NCBI RefSeq assembly: GCF_004010195.1
Contig: NC_057718.1
Span: forward strand, 42,974,395 to 43,038,394
From: Chiloscyllium plagiosum
Lineage: Eukaryota
Direction: 5' to 3'
DNA: 64,000 nt
Under the pieces are notes generated by a model, which did no database searches, was not told the origin of the DNA, and worked only from the letters and a program-made list of their open reading frames with translations. Both the position numbers and the translations under genes were made by a program. Below, in pieces: positions 1-12,065 of the stretch (positions are counted from its first letter, which is position 1; the number at the start of each line of letters is the position of its first letter).

Positions 1-345
1 GTTCATGTTGGGTATCGGGTCCTTCGTTGTGGTGAGTTGTTGTCTGAGCGTGGCTGTTGGTTTGTGTGCCGTTATGAGTCCTAGGGGTCGCAGTAGTCTG
101 GCTGTCAGTCCCGAGATGCTCCTGATGTATGGACCCATAACGGTACACAAACCAACAGCCACGCTCAGACAACAACTCACCAGAACGAAGGACCCGATAC
201 CCAACATGAGCAAGATGAATGTAGTGTACAAAATACCATGCAAGAACTGCACTAAACACTATATAGGACAAACAGGAAGACAGCTAACAATCTGCATACA
301 TGAACATCAACTAGCCACGAAAGGACATGACCAGCTATCCTTAGT
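1..345. mobile_element. Penelope-like retroelement fragments in inverted arrangement; GIY-YIG endonuclease remnant on + (131-345), inverted copy on - (1-130)
   Basis: Translation VVYKIPCKNCTKHYIGQTGRQLTICIHEH has the VVY..C..C...YIGQT-R-EH GIY-YIG signature; 1-81 is the reverse complement of 131-211. Confidence 0.9.
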
Positions 346-464
346 GAATATCACCACTTCCACCTCATGATGGAACAAAGGCTATTACTGGAGCAAAGGT
401 GGTTGAGCCAAAGACACAACCCAGAGAAATTAGAGCAACATCTTAGACAGACTTTTACCTCCAA

Positions 465-1150
465 CAACCAGGAACTACTTTCTTTGTTCTGGGTATGACT
501 CCAACCAGCAGGGAGTTTGTCTCTGATTCCTATTGATGTCAGTTCTACAAGGCCTCCTTGATATGCAACTTGGTCAAATGCTGCTTCAATATCTCGGGCA
601 GTCATTTTCATCTCTCCTCTTAAGTTAAAAGGCAAGTAAAACTTCATCAGTTGAGGGGGACAGTAGGCAGTAATCTGCAGGAGGCTTCCTCGCTGATGTT
701 GCCCATGATACCACAAGAGGGGTTCAGAACGATATGGGCAAATACTGGCAAATGGAACTGGATTCTTTTAAGGTATGTGGTGGCATGCTTGAGTTATACC
801 AAAAGGTCTGTGTCCCTGCTGTACAACTCTGTGATATGATTCTATGACCTCATGGGGTCCAACATTTATGTTGAAGATTCCCGGTGCAACTCACTCCCAG
901 CTGTGCTGTGCTGCAATCTCTGATGGATCTGCCCTGCCAGTGGGCCAAAACATAACTTGTAATGATAATGGTGATGTCCTGGACTTTGGTTCTAAAGTAT
1001 GCTCTTGTGATTATGACTATGTTGGCTTTTGTTGTGGGTGGGCTCTCATAATTTTAGCACTTTGGTAAGGAAGATTTTGCAGCATCAATAGGGCTTGGAG
1101 TACCATTGTATATTTTGCTTGCCTAGGTTTGATATTGGGTGGTTTGTCCA
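465..1150 (-). mobile_element. Degenerate CR1/L2-group LINE fragments
   Basis: 465-630 closely resembles 4285-4440 (ggtatgactccaaccag...ctgattccta...tgat..ca..gggcagt); broken frames. Confidence 0.6.
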
Positions 1151-1164
1151 GTTTCATTCCTATT

Positions 1165-1490
1165 TGACTTCATACATTTTTGATACCACTGAGTGGCTTG
1201 CTGAACATTGCACAGGCATTTCAGAGACAAACAAATTTCTGACGGTCTGGAGTCACATATTGACCGGATCAGGCAAAGAGTGCATATTTCCTTCCCAAAA
1301 AATTAAGTGGATCAAATGGGTTTTACAACAAAAACGGTTTCATGATCACTATTTGTGAGGCTGGATTTTGTTTTTAAATTACTCAGGTGTCAGGTGAATT
1401 TAAATTCCACCAGCTAGCATGATGGGTCTTGATCCCATGTCCCTCGAGCATTAGCCTGAGTCTCTAAATTACTAGTTCACTGACATTACT
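1165..1490 (-). mobile_element. tRNA-headed SINE / LINE 5' segment
   Basis: Minus strand starts gtaatgtcagtgaactagtaatttagagactcaggctaatgctc..ggatcaagacccatc; body matches 5930-6100 and 57780-57995 (gtgactccagac core). Confidence 0.65.
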
Positions 1491-1554
1491 TCCCCCAAAG
1501 TGGAAACTAAATAACAACCGCTGCTGATACAACACTGTGGCTAGGTAATAAAGA

Positions 1555-1652
1555 ATTTCTGAAGAAGGATTCCACTCAAAGTATTAACTCATCTTTCTCT
1601 TTAGATTCTGATAGCACATCTGTCATTTCCCAGCATTTTCTATTTTTATTTG
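1555..1652 (+). mobile_element. Penelope-like terminal repeat remnant
   Basis: tctgaagaaggat..actcaaagtattaactc..cccagcattttctattttt resembles the other Penelope termini in the window. Confidence 0.5.
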
Positions 1653-2039
1653 GAAATTCGACATTGATTTTGTGATGTCCTTTTAAGTTTATTTAGAAAT
1701 GCTTGAATTGCGCTAAGTTGTGCCAAAACCTGTGTCTAAGCAACGAACAGAATACTAAACATTACTTTGATGTATTCCATAACAGGGCAGGTCAACCTTT
1801 CACAAACATTCTGGCAGCTAATTAAGGAGTAGAGTTTGAAAATCTATGGGAAGAGACATTAGCTCTTGTCTTCAAAAAATGGCTTTTACCAAAGTGAAGA
1901 AAAGAGAAAATTAAAAACAGATGCCTATATAAAACTTACACCATGAAAGCAGGTCAGTTACCTGAGCTAGTTTGTGGTATCGGTGGATGAAAACCTGATG
2001 AATCTTGCAAATAGCCCAGTTTTTACCTGATAAAAAGAT

Positions 2040-2600
2040 AATACTGAAATAAAAAATGAAACACAAGGTGCTGGAAAAACTCAGCAGGTTTGGCAGCATC
2101 TGTGAAGAGAGAGGTAATTAATGTTTCAAAACCAAAGATGATTCTTCACAGCTGAAGGAGCTGGAAAATCTTTGTTTTTACACTGTTGACATAAGGGGAG
2201 AAAGACCAAGTGGAACAGTTAGTGGAAATGCCCAGAGTAAAAGGTTAATGGATACATAATTGAATAGGTGTAAATAATTAGGTGTTAATTACAAAAGAGA
2301 GGTCAGATCTGTTGTAAGCAAACCTATGCTAAAATATACAAGAGAAAGGGATATAAACAAAATGGAGGACAATGTTTATGGTCTGAAGTTCTGGAACTCA
2401 ATGCTGAGTCCTGAAGGCTGAAGTGCGTAATGAGAAAATAAGGTGCTGTTCTTCCAGCTTTGAAAAAGATTAGAACTTCTTAATTTAAATTTGGGCTTTG
2501 CCGGAATCCTGCAACAGATATAAGACAGAAATATTAGTATGAGACCAAGATGATGTTTTGAAAAGCCAAATAACTGGAACACGAAGCTCATTCTTACAGA
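2040..2600 (-). mobile_element. Penelope-like element 3' region
   Basis: gctggaaaaactcagcaggtttggcagcatctgtg terminus plus downstream body similar to 51130-51600. Confidence 0.6.
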
Positions 2601-2619
2601 ATGAACTGAATGTTCCATG

Positions 2620-3360
2620 AAGTCTTCACCCAGTCTGGCAATCCTCCACTGCATCCCAACTATACCAAGCATATTATTCAAATGGCAAGGAGACCAGAAT
2701 TGCACGCAATACTCCAGGTCCAATCTCAACAGTGCTCTATACAAATGAACCAAAACAGCTTTGCTCTTATATTTAAATCCACTTGAATTCCATTTTGCCT
2801 TCTGGATTGTTGGCTGCATCCTCGCTTACAGTGATTTATGAAAAAGGCCACAGAGCTACCTTTGGACATCCAATCTATCCCCATTTAAGAAATACTCTGC
2901 AGTTTTTGTCTTTGTCCAAAAGTCAATATCATAATGTAGCCACATTATATTCCATTTGCTGTTCTTGGCCACTCAGTATGTCTAAAACCCTATGAAGTTT
3001 CTTTACATTCTCCGAAGGACTACATTCCCACCAAGTTTTATATTTTTGTAAGCTTGGAAATAGTGCAGCTGGATCCTAGATCCAAATCATTGAGATAGAT
3101 TGTGAACTGTTGGGACCTACTGGTCACAGGCAGCCAGAAAGCTCATGTATTTTTACTCTGCTTTATGTCTGTTAACAAATCCTCAATCAATTTTAATTTA
3201 TTACCCCTAATTGCACGTGCTTTAATTTTGTTTTCTAACTCGTGTGAAACTTTATCAAAAAGTCTTCTGAGATTCCTAATATTCTACATTCATTGTTTAC
3301 CAAGCAACATCCTTGAAAATCTCCATCGGGTTTGTCAAACATGATTTCTTTCTTGAATAT
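2620..3360 (-). mobile_element. CR1 LINE ORF2 (RT C-terminal) fragment
   Basis: Translation KYKSKAVLVHLYRALLRLDLEYCVQFWSP matches the CR1 L-Y..LVRPHLEYCVQFWSP motif. Confidence 0.85.
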
Positions 3361-3384
3361 CCAATAGTCATATTTTTAGATTAA

Positions 3385-3815
3385 AGGTGATACAACTGGT
3401 AAGTTTAAAATTGATGATGTTGTTGATTGGGAGGATGATGGTCTCAGGCTGCAGACTGCTGTTGGTCAGCTGGCACATTGGGCAGAGCATGGCAGATGGA
3501 ATTTAATCCTGATGGGTATGAGGTGAGGTCTAAAGGGAAGGATATAGACAATGAATGGTAGTTTCCTATGGGAATACCGAGGAACAAAGAGACCTTTGGT
3601 GTACAAGTCCATAGATTCCTGAAGGTGTTAAAACAGGTAGACAGTGTGGTAAAGAAGGCATCTAGAGCGCTTACCTTCACTAAATGTGGTGTAGAATATA
3701 AAAGAAAGAAATGTTTATTCTAATTTTATAGAGCATTAGTTAGTCCACTGATGGAATACTGTATGCAGTTCTCGTCATCACCACACAACTAGAAGAATGT
3801 GATTACACTGGACAG
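3385..3815 (+). mobile_element. CR1 LINE ORF2 fragment
   Basis: tggcagatggaatttaatcctg (WQMEFNP) and gaatactgtatgcagttct (EYCMQF) motifs. Confidence 0.8.
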
Positions 3816-3869
3816 GGGGTTCGGGTGGAGGGGTTTGTGAGGGTGCAGGGAGTTTGACTGGGATCAAAA

Positions 3870-6100
3870 CTCTAGTTTAGTTCAGTTTCTGGTCAATAGT
3901 AACCTCTGGGATATCGATAGTGTGTCTTTTGAGTGATGGTAATCCCACTGAATGCCAAGGGGTAATGGTTAGATTCTGTCTTATTGTTGTTAGTCATTGT
4001 CTGGCAATGTAATGCGAGTGTTACTTACCAAGTAACATAACTTTATCTTGTCAACGCATGCCTCAATATTGTTCAGATCTTGCTGCATTTGGACATGGGC
4101 TGCTTCAGTAACTGAGGGGTCATGAGTGCTGTTGAACGTTATACAATGAACACCTTCACTTCCAACTTATGATGGAGGGAAGATCATTGATGAAGCAGCT
4201 GAAGATGGTTGAGCTGAGACACTATCTTGAGGATCTCTTGCAAAGTTGTCCAGGAATTGAGATAACTGACTTTCAATGGCTAGAAACATCTTCCTTTGTA
4301 CTAGGTATGACTCCAACCAGTGGAGAGCTTTCCCTCTGATTCCTAATGTATCATTTTGTTAAGGTTCCTTGATGTCTAATCAGTAAAGTACAGCCTTCAT
4401 GTCAAGGGCAGTTCTTTTCCCCTTACTTCTGGAATTCAGTTCCTTCATTCGTACTTGAATCAAGGTTGTAGTGAGGTCAGAAGCTGAGTGACCCTGGCAA
4501 AACCCAAACTGATAATTGGCTGGGTTGGATTTGTCCTGTATTTTCTATACACAATGTACTCTAAATGCCACTGTTGGAGATATACTGGAACAGCTTGGCC
4601 TGGAGCAGAGTATTCTGCAGCATATATGAAATATCCAGTGCCTCCAGGCATTTGTTGATCTCATATTGTGTGAAGTGAATTGCCAAAGACTGGCATCTAT
4701 GCTTCAATGCATCTCTCGAGGAGGCTGAGATGGATCATTCACTCGTTACTTCTACTTCAAGGTTGTGACAAATGCTTCAGCCTTATCTTTTGGACTGATA
4801 TGCTGGACACTCTATCATTGAGGATGGGGATATTTGTGGAGCCTCCCACTCCAGTGAGTTGTTTAATTGTCTGCCACCATTCACAACTGAATATGGCAGG
4901 ACTGCAGAGTTTAGCTCTAATGCATTGATTGGGAAATCACTTAGCCCTGTCTATCGCTTGCTGTTAATGCAATCAAGTAGTCTTCTGTTTATCTTCACCA
5001 GGTTGACACCTAATTGTTAGGTTTGCTTGGGTGTTGTCTCTGATATGTGCTCCTGCACTAATCACCGCACCAGGTTTTATCCCCTCTCTTAATAGTAATG
5101 CTGGAGTTCGGTACATGCCAGGCCAAGAAGTTACAAATTGTGTTACAGTATAATTCAGTTGCTGCTGACGGCCCACAGTGCCTCATGGATGCCCAGCTTT
5201 GAGTTGATAAATCTGTTCAAAGTATATCGCATTTGATGCCGTGATAGTGCCGTACAACACAATGGGAGCAAGACTCAGTATGAAGATTGGAGTTTGACTT
5301 CACAAGGACTTTGTGGTGATGACTCCTGTTGAAATGTCATGCTGTTAGGCAGATTATTGAGGATAAGGTCAAGTATGTTTATCCTTCTTCTTGACTCCCT
5401 CATCATCTGCCGCAGACCCAGCCTTGACTATTAATTCAATCAACATTGGTGTTGCTGATTTGATCTTGGTTATAGACATTGAAGTATTCCACCCTGAGTA
5501 CATTCTGCACTTGTCCCACCCTCAGTGCCTCCTCCAAGTGACATTCAACATGGAGGAGCACTGATTCATCAGCCATGGGAGAAAGTTATGTGGTAAGGCG
5601 ATTTCTTTGTCCATATTTGACCTGAAGTGATGAGGTTTCACAGGTTCTACAGAAAATGTTAAGGACCCCCAAGGCAACTGTGAAATGGTGATGGTGTTGG
5701 GGCATTATGTGTAATATCCTGTGATTCCTGAATGATTTTATAATTATGATTTGTGAGAATACTGCTGACTAATCTGTGAGATAGCTCTCTCAAGTTAGCA
5801 CAAGCCCCTATGTGTTGGTATGGACCACTTTGTAGGGTCGACAGGAATGCTGTTGTTGTTTCTGGTGTCTATCTATGCCACGTGATCCACCTGGGTTCAT
5901 TCCTTTTTTGAGACATTTAACAGTTAATATAATTGACTTGCTTGGTAAGCCATTTCAAAGGGCAGTTAAGCATTTAGGCAATACTTTAAGTCTGGAGTCA
6001 CATGTAGGCCAGACCAGATAAATATGGCAGTTTTCATTCCCTAAATGGACATTTATGAACCGAGTGGGTCTTTAATGAAAATCAGGAATGATTTCATAGA
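3870..6100 (-). mobile_element. Long decayed CR1/L2-group LINE (endonuclease/RT region) with SINE-like 5' segment
   Basis: Continuous similarity to 10270-11090 and 60400-61400; minus-strand gggtggaatacttcaatgtctat resembles the GDFN endonuclease motif; many stops and frameshifts. Confidence 0.7.
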
Positions 6101-6105
6101 TAATT

Positions 6106-6710
6106 GATGGTGGCACCAGCACACTAGGGAATGTTAGGGCTCCTGAACCAGTTGCATTGTTTTCTCTCTCTCCCTCTCTCCTTTTTCACCTTTTTCTACG
6201 TTCTTGTCTTCTGACGTCGTGGGAAGTCAGAGTGGTGCCAGAGGGATGTTGACAGCAGTGGTGGCAGGATCGAAGACTCCTGGCTTTACTGGGCCCAGAG
6301 CCTGGACTCAGGAACTCAGTCGACTGATAGCTGTGGTAGAGATTGGTGCCTGGAGCAGGGCTGTGGTAGGGCCACATTAGAGACTTGATGGGTCATGGAG
6401 GTGAAGTCCCACCGTGGTCTGGTGGTGAGGTCCAGCATGGTCTGCTTAATAGACTGTAATGCTGAATTTTTAAATTTCTTTATTTTTCTGATTTATTACT
6501 AGAATTTTGGACCTAGGTACCTTTGTACATAAGATGGTGCAAAGGACTATGATGCTAAACTGTTATTTATTTATTTATTATTCTAATTTATTTCTAGGCT
6601 CCTGTACCTCGGTACCTTTGTATCTAAGAAGGTGCCACAGTCGCAAATTTGTAAACTTTTCACTGCACTCATGTGAGTACATGTGGCAATGAACCTAATT
6701 CTAATTCTAG
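6106..6710 (+). mobile_element. Non-autonomous retroelement with Rex1/Babar-like 3' end
   Basis: Ends ttttcactgcactcatgtgagtacatgtggcaatgaac followed by (ctaatt)2; interrupts the older minus-strand element, which resumes at about 6711; internal duplication at about 6470-6540 and 6565-6636. Confidence 0.6.
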
Positions 6711-9004
6711 TCATCAGTAAACTTATAATTCCAGGTTTTATTGAATTCCATTCCACTAACTACAACTATTTTTGCTCCATCAGTGTAATGCTTATAATAT
6801 CCCAATTGTGCATGTCTACAACAAATTATGTTATTGTTCTTTCCATTTACAATTTTAGTTCAATCTTTTTGTAGGTGCCTATTAATTTCTCACTTCTTTC
6901 TCCTAACCAGTTTAGTATTATTCATGGATATGAACTGCTTGAACTGTTTTCTTTGAATTATTCTAGCCACATGGGTAAAACTTGATGTAAATGGGACTAA
7001 ATCTGAGCAAAATGTGCATCAAGCCAACCTGGATTAATTCAGATGATTCATATTTTGAAATTACTTGAACTAACATTGCTTAATTTATACAATCAAAATG
7101 TGAATTGTTGAAAGAAAATTGGAACATGTAGAAAGATTGGAACATGTACTTTAAATAATTGGCTCTTTAAATGAACACTTCAGCCAAACAAGAGCTGACT
7201 CCCTTTTTTGATCTTATTTTTAATTCTTACAATTATTAGTCTTGTTGTTTTATAATTGCATCTAGAAGTATTTTGTAGAGTTGTTTTACAGTTACAAGAG
7301 ATTTAGATGGCATTAGTGGCAGATCTATTGTATTTAAATTTCAAGTTATTATAAGTTTAACCAAACACTAAGAAGCATTGTGTGGGTCAAAAGCACTCAG
7401 TGAAGCTTTAAGTCATAAAGTAACAGTGCATAACCTGGTATTCCTAATGAAAACAAAATCTCTAATCCTGCACATGGACTGCTGTACTAATATATACTTG
7501 CACATTTGGTTTAGTTAGAGACAACATAAAATGAAGAAATAAATTTGGCATGAACAGGAAATGGTGTTGCTATTCATTCTCATTATAGACATGTGACATT
7601 GTGAATATCTGAGTTTATTTTTGTACAAAATTCCACACAATTAATAAGCTAACTTCAGTTGTCAAGACTTTTGCATTAATTTATGAATATGCTTTGTTTT
7701 TAATCTGTTATGTACTTTCTTTTTTCACTTACATCAAAACCGAAATAACTGGTACATCCACGTTCATACTATTTTAAGTGTTGAACGTTAGATTACCAAT
7801 ACCTTTTTTTAAAATTACAGATTTAACCCCATATTAGTACTTATGCCATCTCCCAAGGATCTACCATGGCCTATTCCTCTTCTTCCTTAATATTTGCCCC
7901 TCAGTAATGTCAATTGAAGACAGGACTTCATTCCCACTAGAGGCATCCAACTCCTCCTTCATTTCATCTGACCCTTCTTCTGTCTCTGTTATCAGCCTGC
8001 TAGTCCCACATCCACTTCTGGATGAATTGCAATCTTCTTCAATTAATATTGCAAAGGATGAAGTCATCATGTTGAGTTATCTATCGCCTCCAAACTTTCA
8101 CTTCTGATTCAATCCCCCTCCCAGACCTATGTCTGAGGTTGAAGCTGATAGAAACTCTCTTCAGTGTTCTTATGGCACCAAGCTGAGCCTTTACCTGTTA
8201 TCCACTCAATCACAAAGTCCCAGTTTTACAACAACAGCCCTTTCTGCTTCTCACTATGGCTTTCAGCTGACAATGCTCACCTCTGACTTTGGCACCTCAT
8301 ATTTCACAAATCCAAGGCATTCCTAAATGGTCTTTTAACCTCCTTTCTCATAAACTTGTAATCTCTACTTCCTTTAGCTTAAAACACATTCTTGGCAGAA
8401 TCTTCTGATCTTTGAAGATTTGCAGTCATGGAGATCCTTTCTGGGTTGCCACCACATGCAGACCAGTTCAGTGGCCACTTCCACATTTGTTCTGCAATCA
8501 AGAGCAGTGGTTGGGTTCCAAAGTCAACAAGCTGAAGGGAGTGAACATCATTTGATAGATGGAAGTACCTCTGGGGGAATGGGTCCCATGAAGCAACAAG
8601 ACTATGAGAGGTCACTTCAAGATGGAGGTGCCTCAGAAACCTGCTAAAGATTTAAACAATATGAAGGTCTCCATATCTCAGAATCACTGGTATGGAGGGA
8701 AAGGCATTCCATGTGAATAGGGATAGCTGATGTCATTGCCTTTGGATAAATATGGCTTCATAATGGGGCCAGGATATGAAGAATAACTGACCCTTGGAGT
8801 CTGCTGACTGCATTGGCATTAATGTGTTCTTAACTGGCTGATAGCCACTATTGCTTATATCCTATTCAGCGATATTACATGTATGTGGGGACATGACAGG
8901 AAGCCAAACTGATGGATGATTTCTGATCTTTGCTTCATCCCCTACCTCCAAACCCACTTCTGTGAATCTGGAAAGGTTCCAATATGTGTACTGAACACCT
9001 ATGG

Positions 9005-9410
9005 CTTTTCTGCTCATTAACTTACATTGGATCCTGGCTCCCCAATGCTTCCAATAGCATTGTGTTCAAATCCTTTATGTCCTCACCCCTTCTTTATCAT
9101 TATATTGTCTTCCAGTCTGACACTTCTCTGAGAATAATGAATTCCTCCAGTTTTCATTTGTGACCCATTTACCTTTAACAGTCCAAACCCAATGCTTTGA
9201 AACTCCCTGCAAAAGCCTCTCTGCCATTCTTACTTAAGACCCTCCGAAAACCCTACCTAGTGCGACCAAGGTTTCATACACACTCCTACTTACCACCTTC
9301 TTACCACCTTCTTTGACTTGGTATTCAAAACTTGTCTAGTTACATTTCTATGATGTGCTATGGATGTTTTTTTTGCATTAACAACACTAAATAAATACAA
9401 GTTGTTATTG
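9005..9410 (+). mobile_element. L2 LINE 3' end
   Basis: cttacattggatcctgg (LHW.P motif) and 3' terminus ctaaataaatacaagttgttattg typical of L2. Confidence 0.6.
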
Positions 9411-9953
9411 GCCTCACAAGCAATAAATTAACAATTTTCCTAAGGTGTAGCACTTCCAGCACAGGATGAGATATATTAACATCTCTCTACTTGGCAGAAG
9501 CTCTGCATGCAGTGGATTAAAAATGGTAAGGGATTTCCATTCCTGTCCAAGCCATTCATGCCTTTGCCATTTTAACTTACCTGAAGTCAATATTGCAACC
9601 CACCATCTGGGAAATAATGCCCTAATTTAGATGGTGACATCACATTCCAATAATGGTCTTCAGGATGCCTATGATGTTATGGCTTTGGGCCAACTATATC
9701 CTATGAAGGACAGACAGGCAGTTAAGAAAATAGCATCTTGGCCACAAGAAACCCAATTTATTTTTTTCTAACTTTCAATGGTTCCTTTTGTGTCAAGAAG
9801 CACGAGCTCTCCATCTGGTCATGTTAACATACATTAAGACTCCCCAACCACCAGCGCTACCAACCCATACTTCAAATAGGAAACTTCAAAGATACTTGTC
9901 CATTTCTCCATTGCCTTGTTAGGAATGACTTCTCTGTCTGACTCATTGGATTA

Positions 9954-10135
9954 GGAGACAGTAAGGACTGCAGGTGCTGGAAGTCAGAATCAAGAAATAT
10001 GAAGCTGGAAAAGCACAGCAGGTGAGAAGCAGGAAAGTCAACGTTTTGGGCTGATACCCTCCATTAGTCCTCACATTCTGACAAGGGGTTTTAGCCCAAA
10101 ACATTGACTTTCCTGCTCCTCAGATTGAGTCTGAC
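9954..10135. mobile_element. Two Penelope-like termini in inverted orientation
   Basis: 10028-10052 and 10093-10117 are inverted repeats (24/25 identical). Confidence 0.8.
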
Positions 10136-10269
10136 TTATAAGATTGTTCCACTCCGATTTGCTAATTTTTACAAAATCGTCAATTGCTTGGAGTAGGAGC
10201 CTATTTCAAGGCATTGAAATGGTATCCAGAAGTTAAAATTTCCCAGGCCTCATTCTTCACATCTAGATT

Positions 10270-11090
10270 TACGCATCAAGTTAAATGTTCATGGACATGG
10301 TGTCAATCAAATGGACTGCTTTATCCTGGATGATGTCAAGTTTCTTTAGGAAGAAGGAGCTGTCTGTAACCAAGCAAATGGAGATCAATCTATCATACTC
10401 CAGACGTACATCATATAGAAGGAGGATAGGCATTACGGAGTCAAGAGTCAAGAGTTAGTCATCATAGAAATCCTTGTCTCTGAACTGCTCTTGTAACAAC
10501 TGTATTTATATGGTTAGTCCAATTCCATTTCTGGTCAACCCAAGGTGTTGATGGTTGTGACTAATGTGATTGAAAAAAAAGTGGTGGTTCAGTTGTGTCT
10601 TGTTATTGATGATGATTGCCTGGTATTTGTGTGAATGTTACTTGCCACTTGTCAGTCCAAGCCTGGATATTGTCCAGATCTTGCTACACTTGGAGATGGA
10701 CTGCTTCGGTATCTGAGGAGTCAAAAATAATGTTGAATGTTTTTCAATCATTACTGAACATCCCTATTTCTGATATTATGATGGAGGGAATGATGTTGAT
10801 GAAGCAACTGAAGTTAGTTAGTCGTAAGACACTATCCTGATGAACTCCTCCAGTGATGTCCTAGAGCAGAAATGACCCATCAATTCCAGTTTCCTAGGGC
10901 TCCTTGACATCATACTCAGCCAATGCTGCCTTGATGTCAAGGGCAATCACTTTACCCCATATCTGAAATTCTGCTCTTTCATCTATGTGTGAACCAAAGG
11001 TATAAGGAGATAAGATGTCAAGTGACTCTGGCAGAACCTGAACTAAGTGTCAGTAAGCAGGTTATTGCTGAGCAAGTGCTGCTTGTGACT
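10270..11090 (-). mobile_element. CR1/L2-group LINE RT fragment
   Basis: Parallels 3870-4520 (gatgaagcaactgaag..gacactatcctga..gatgtcaagggca). Confidence 0.7.
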
Positions 11091-11409
11091 CTTTGCTATA
11101 TCTATGTTTAAGGATGGGTTAAGATAAAATGACTATGAAGTCTCCAGTCCACTTATCTCCAAGGCTTTTCTGACCAATAAGGTGAAGCCTAAAGTGAATT
11201 GACAGCAGATAAGAGTGAATGGATACTATCAACTTTCCAACATATCATGATGTCTTTCCTCATCTAAACTAGACTTGGTGAATTGCAAATCTACTAAGCC
11301 AGAACTCAATATGTTGGAATCAACATAAATACCACCCCCTCTTTGGAAAAGCTTTGATCTTATGAAAATTCACATGGTGAGACAGCCATTTGTTTGGTCT
11401 TTAAAGACT

Positions 11410-12065
11410 GGCAAAAGATGGCAAATGGAATTTTCACTTTTATTGCTAGGGGTTTGGAGTTGAAAAACAGGGAAGTTTAGTTTCATCTGTACAGTGTGTT
11501 GGTGAGGCTACACCTGGAGTGCTTGTACAGTACAGTTTTGGTCCCTGTATTTACAAAAGGACAAATGGATATTGGAAGCAGTTTAAAAGAGATTCACAAA
11601 GCTCATTGCTGGTAAGAAGAGATTGACTTATTAAGGACAGTTAAATTCATTAGGCCTCTATTCATTTGATTATAGAAGAATGAGTGCCAGTTGAAATCTA
11701 TAAGGTTCTCAGGGGGCTTGTCAGGGTAAATGTTGAGCAGATATTTCCATTTATAGGGGAACTTTGAACGAGGGGACATGGTTACAAAATGTGGGGACAT
11801 TCATTTGAAACTGAGATGCAAAGGGATTTTTTTCTCCCAGAGGATAGTTAATGTCTGAAATACTCCACCCAAGAGAGTTGTGGAGGCTAGATCACTGAAA
11901 GTATTGGCAGAGGAGATAGACAGATTTTTAAAATATATAGCAGTTGATGACTATGCTGAGCTGGCACAACAGAGAAGTTAAAGCCTGAGGTAGATCAACC
12001 ATGATCTTGCTTAATGGTAGAACTCATTTAAGGGGTTAATGGTTTACTCCCCCTCCTGTTTTCTT
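11410..12065 (+). mobile_element. CR1 LINE 3' fragment
   Basis: ttggtgaggctacacctggagt (LVR.HLE), cagttttggtccctg, CR1-type 3' UTR. Confidence 0.8.

Noticed and set aside
7118..7149. 13-bp direct repeat attggaacatgta (similar short duplication at 9288-9311)
   Set aside because: Ordinary slippage duplication
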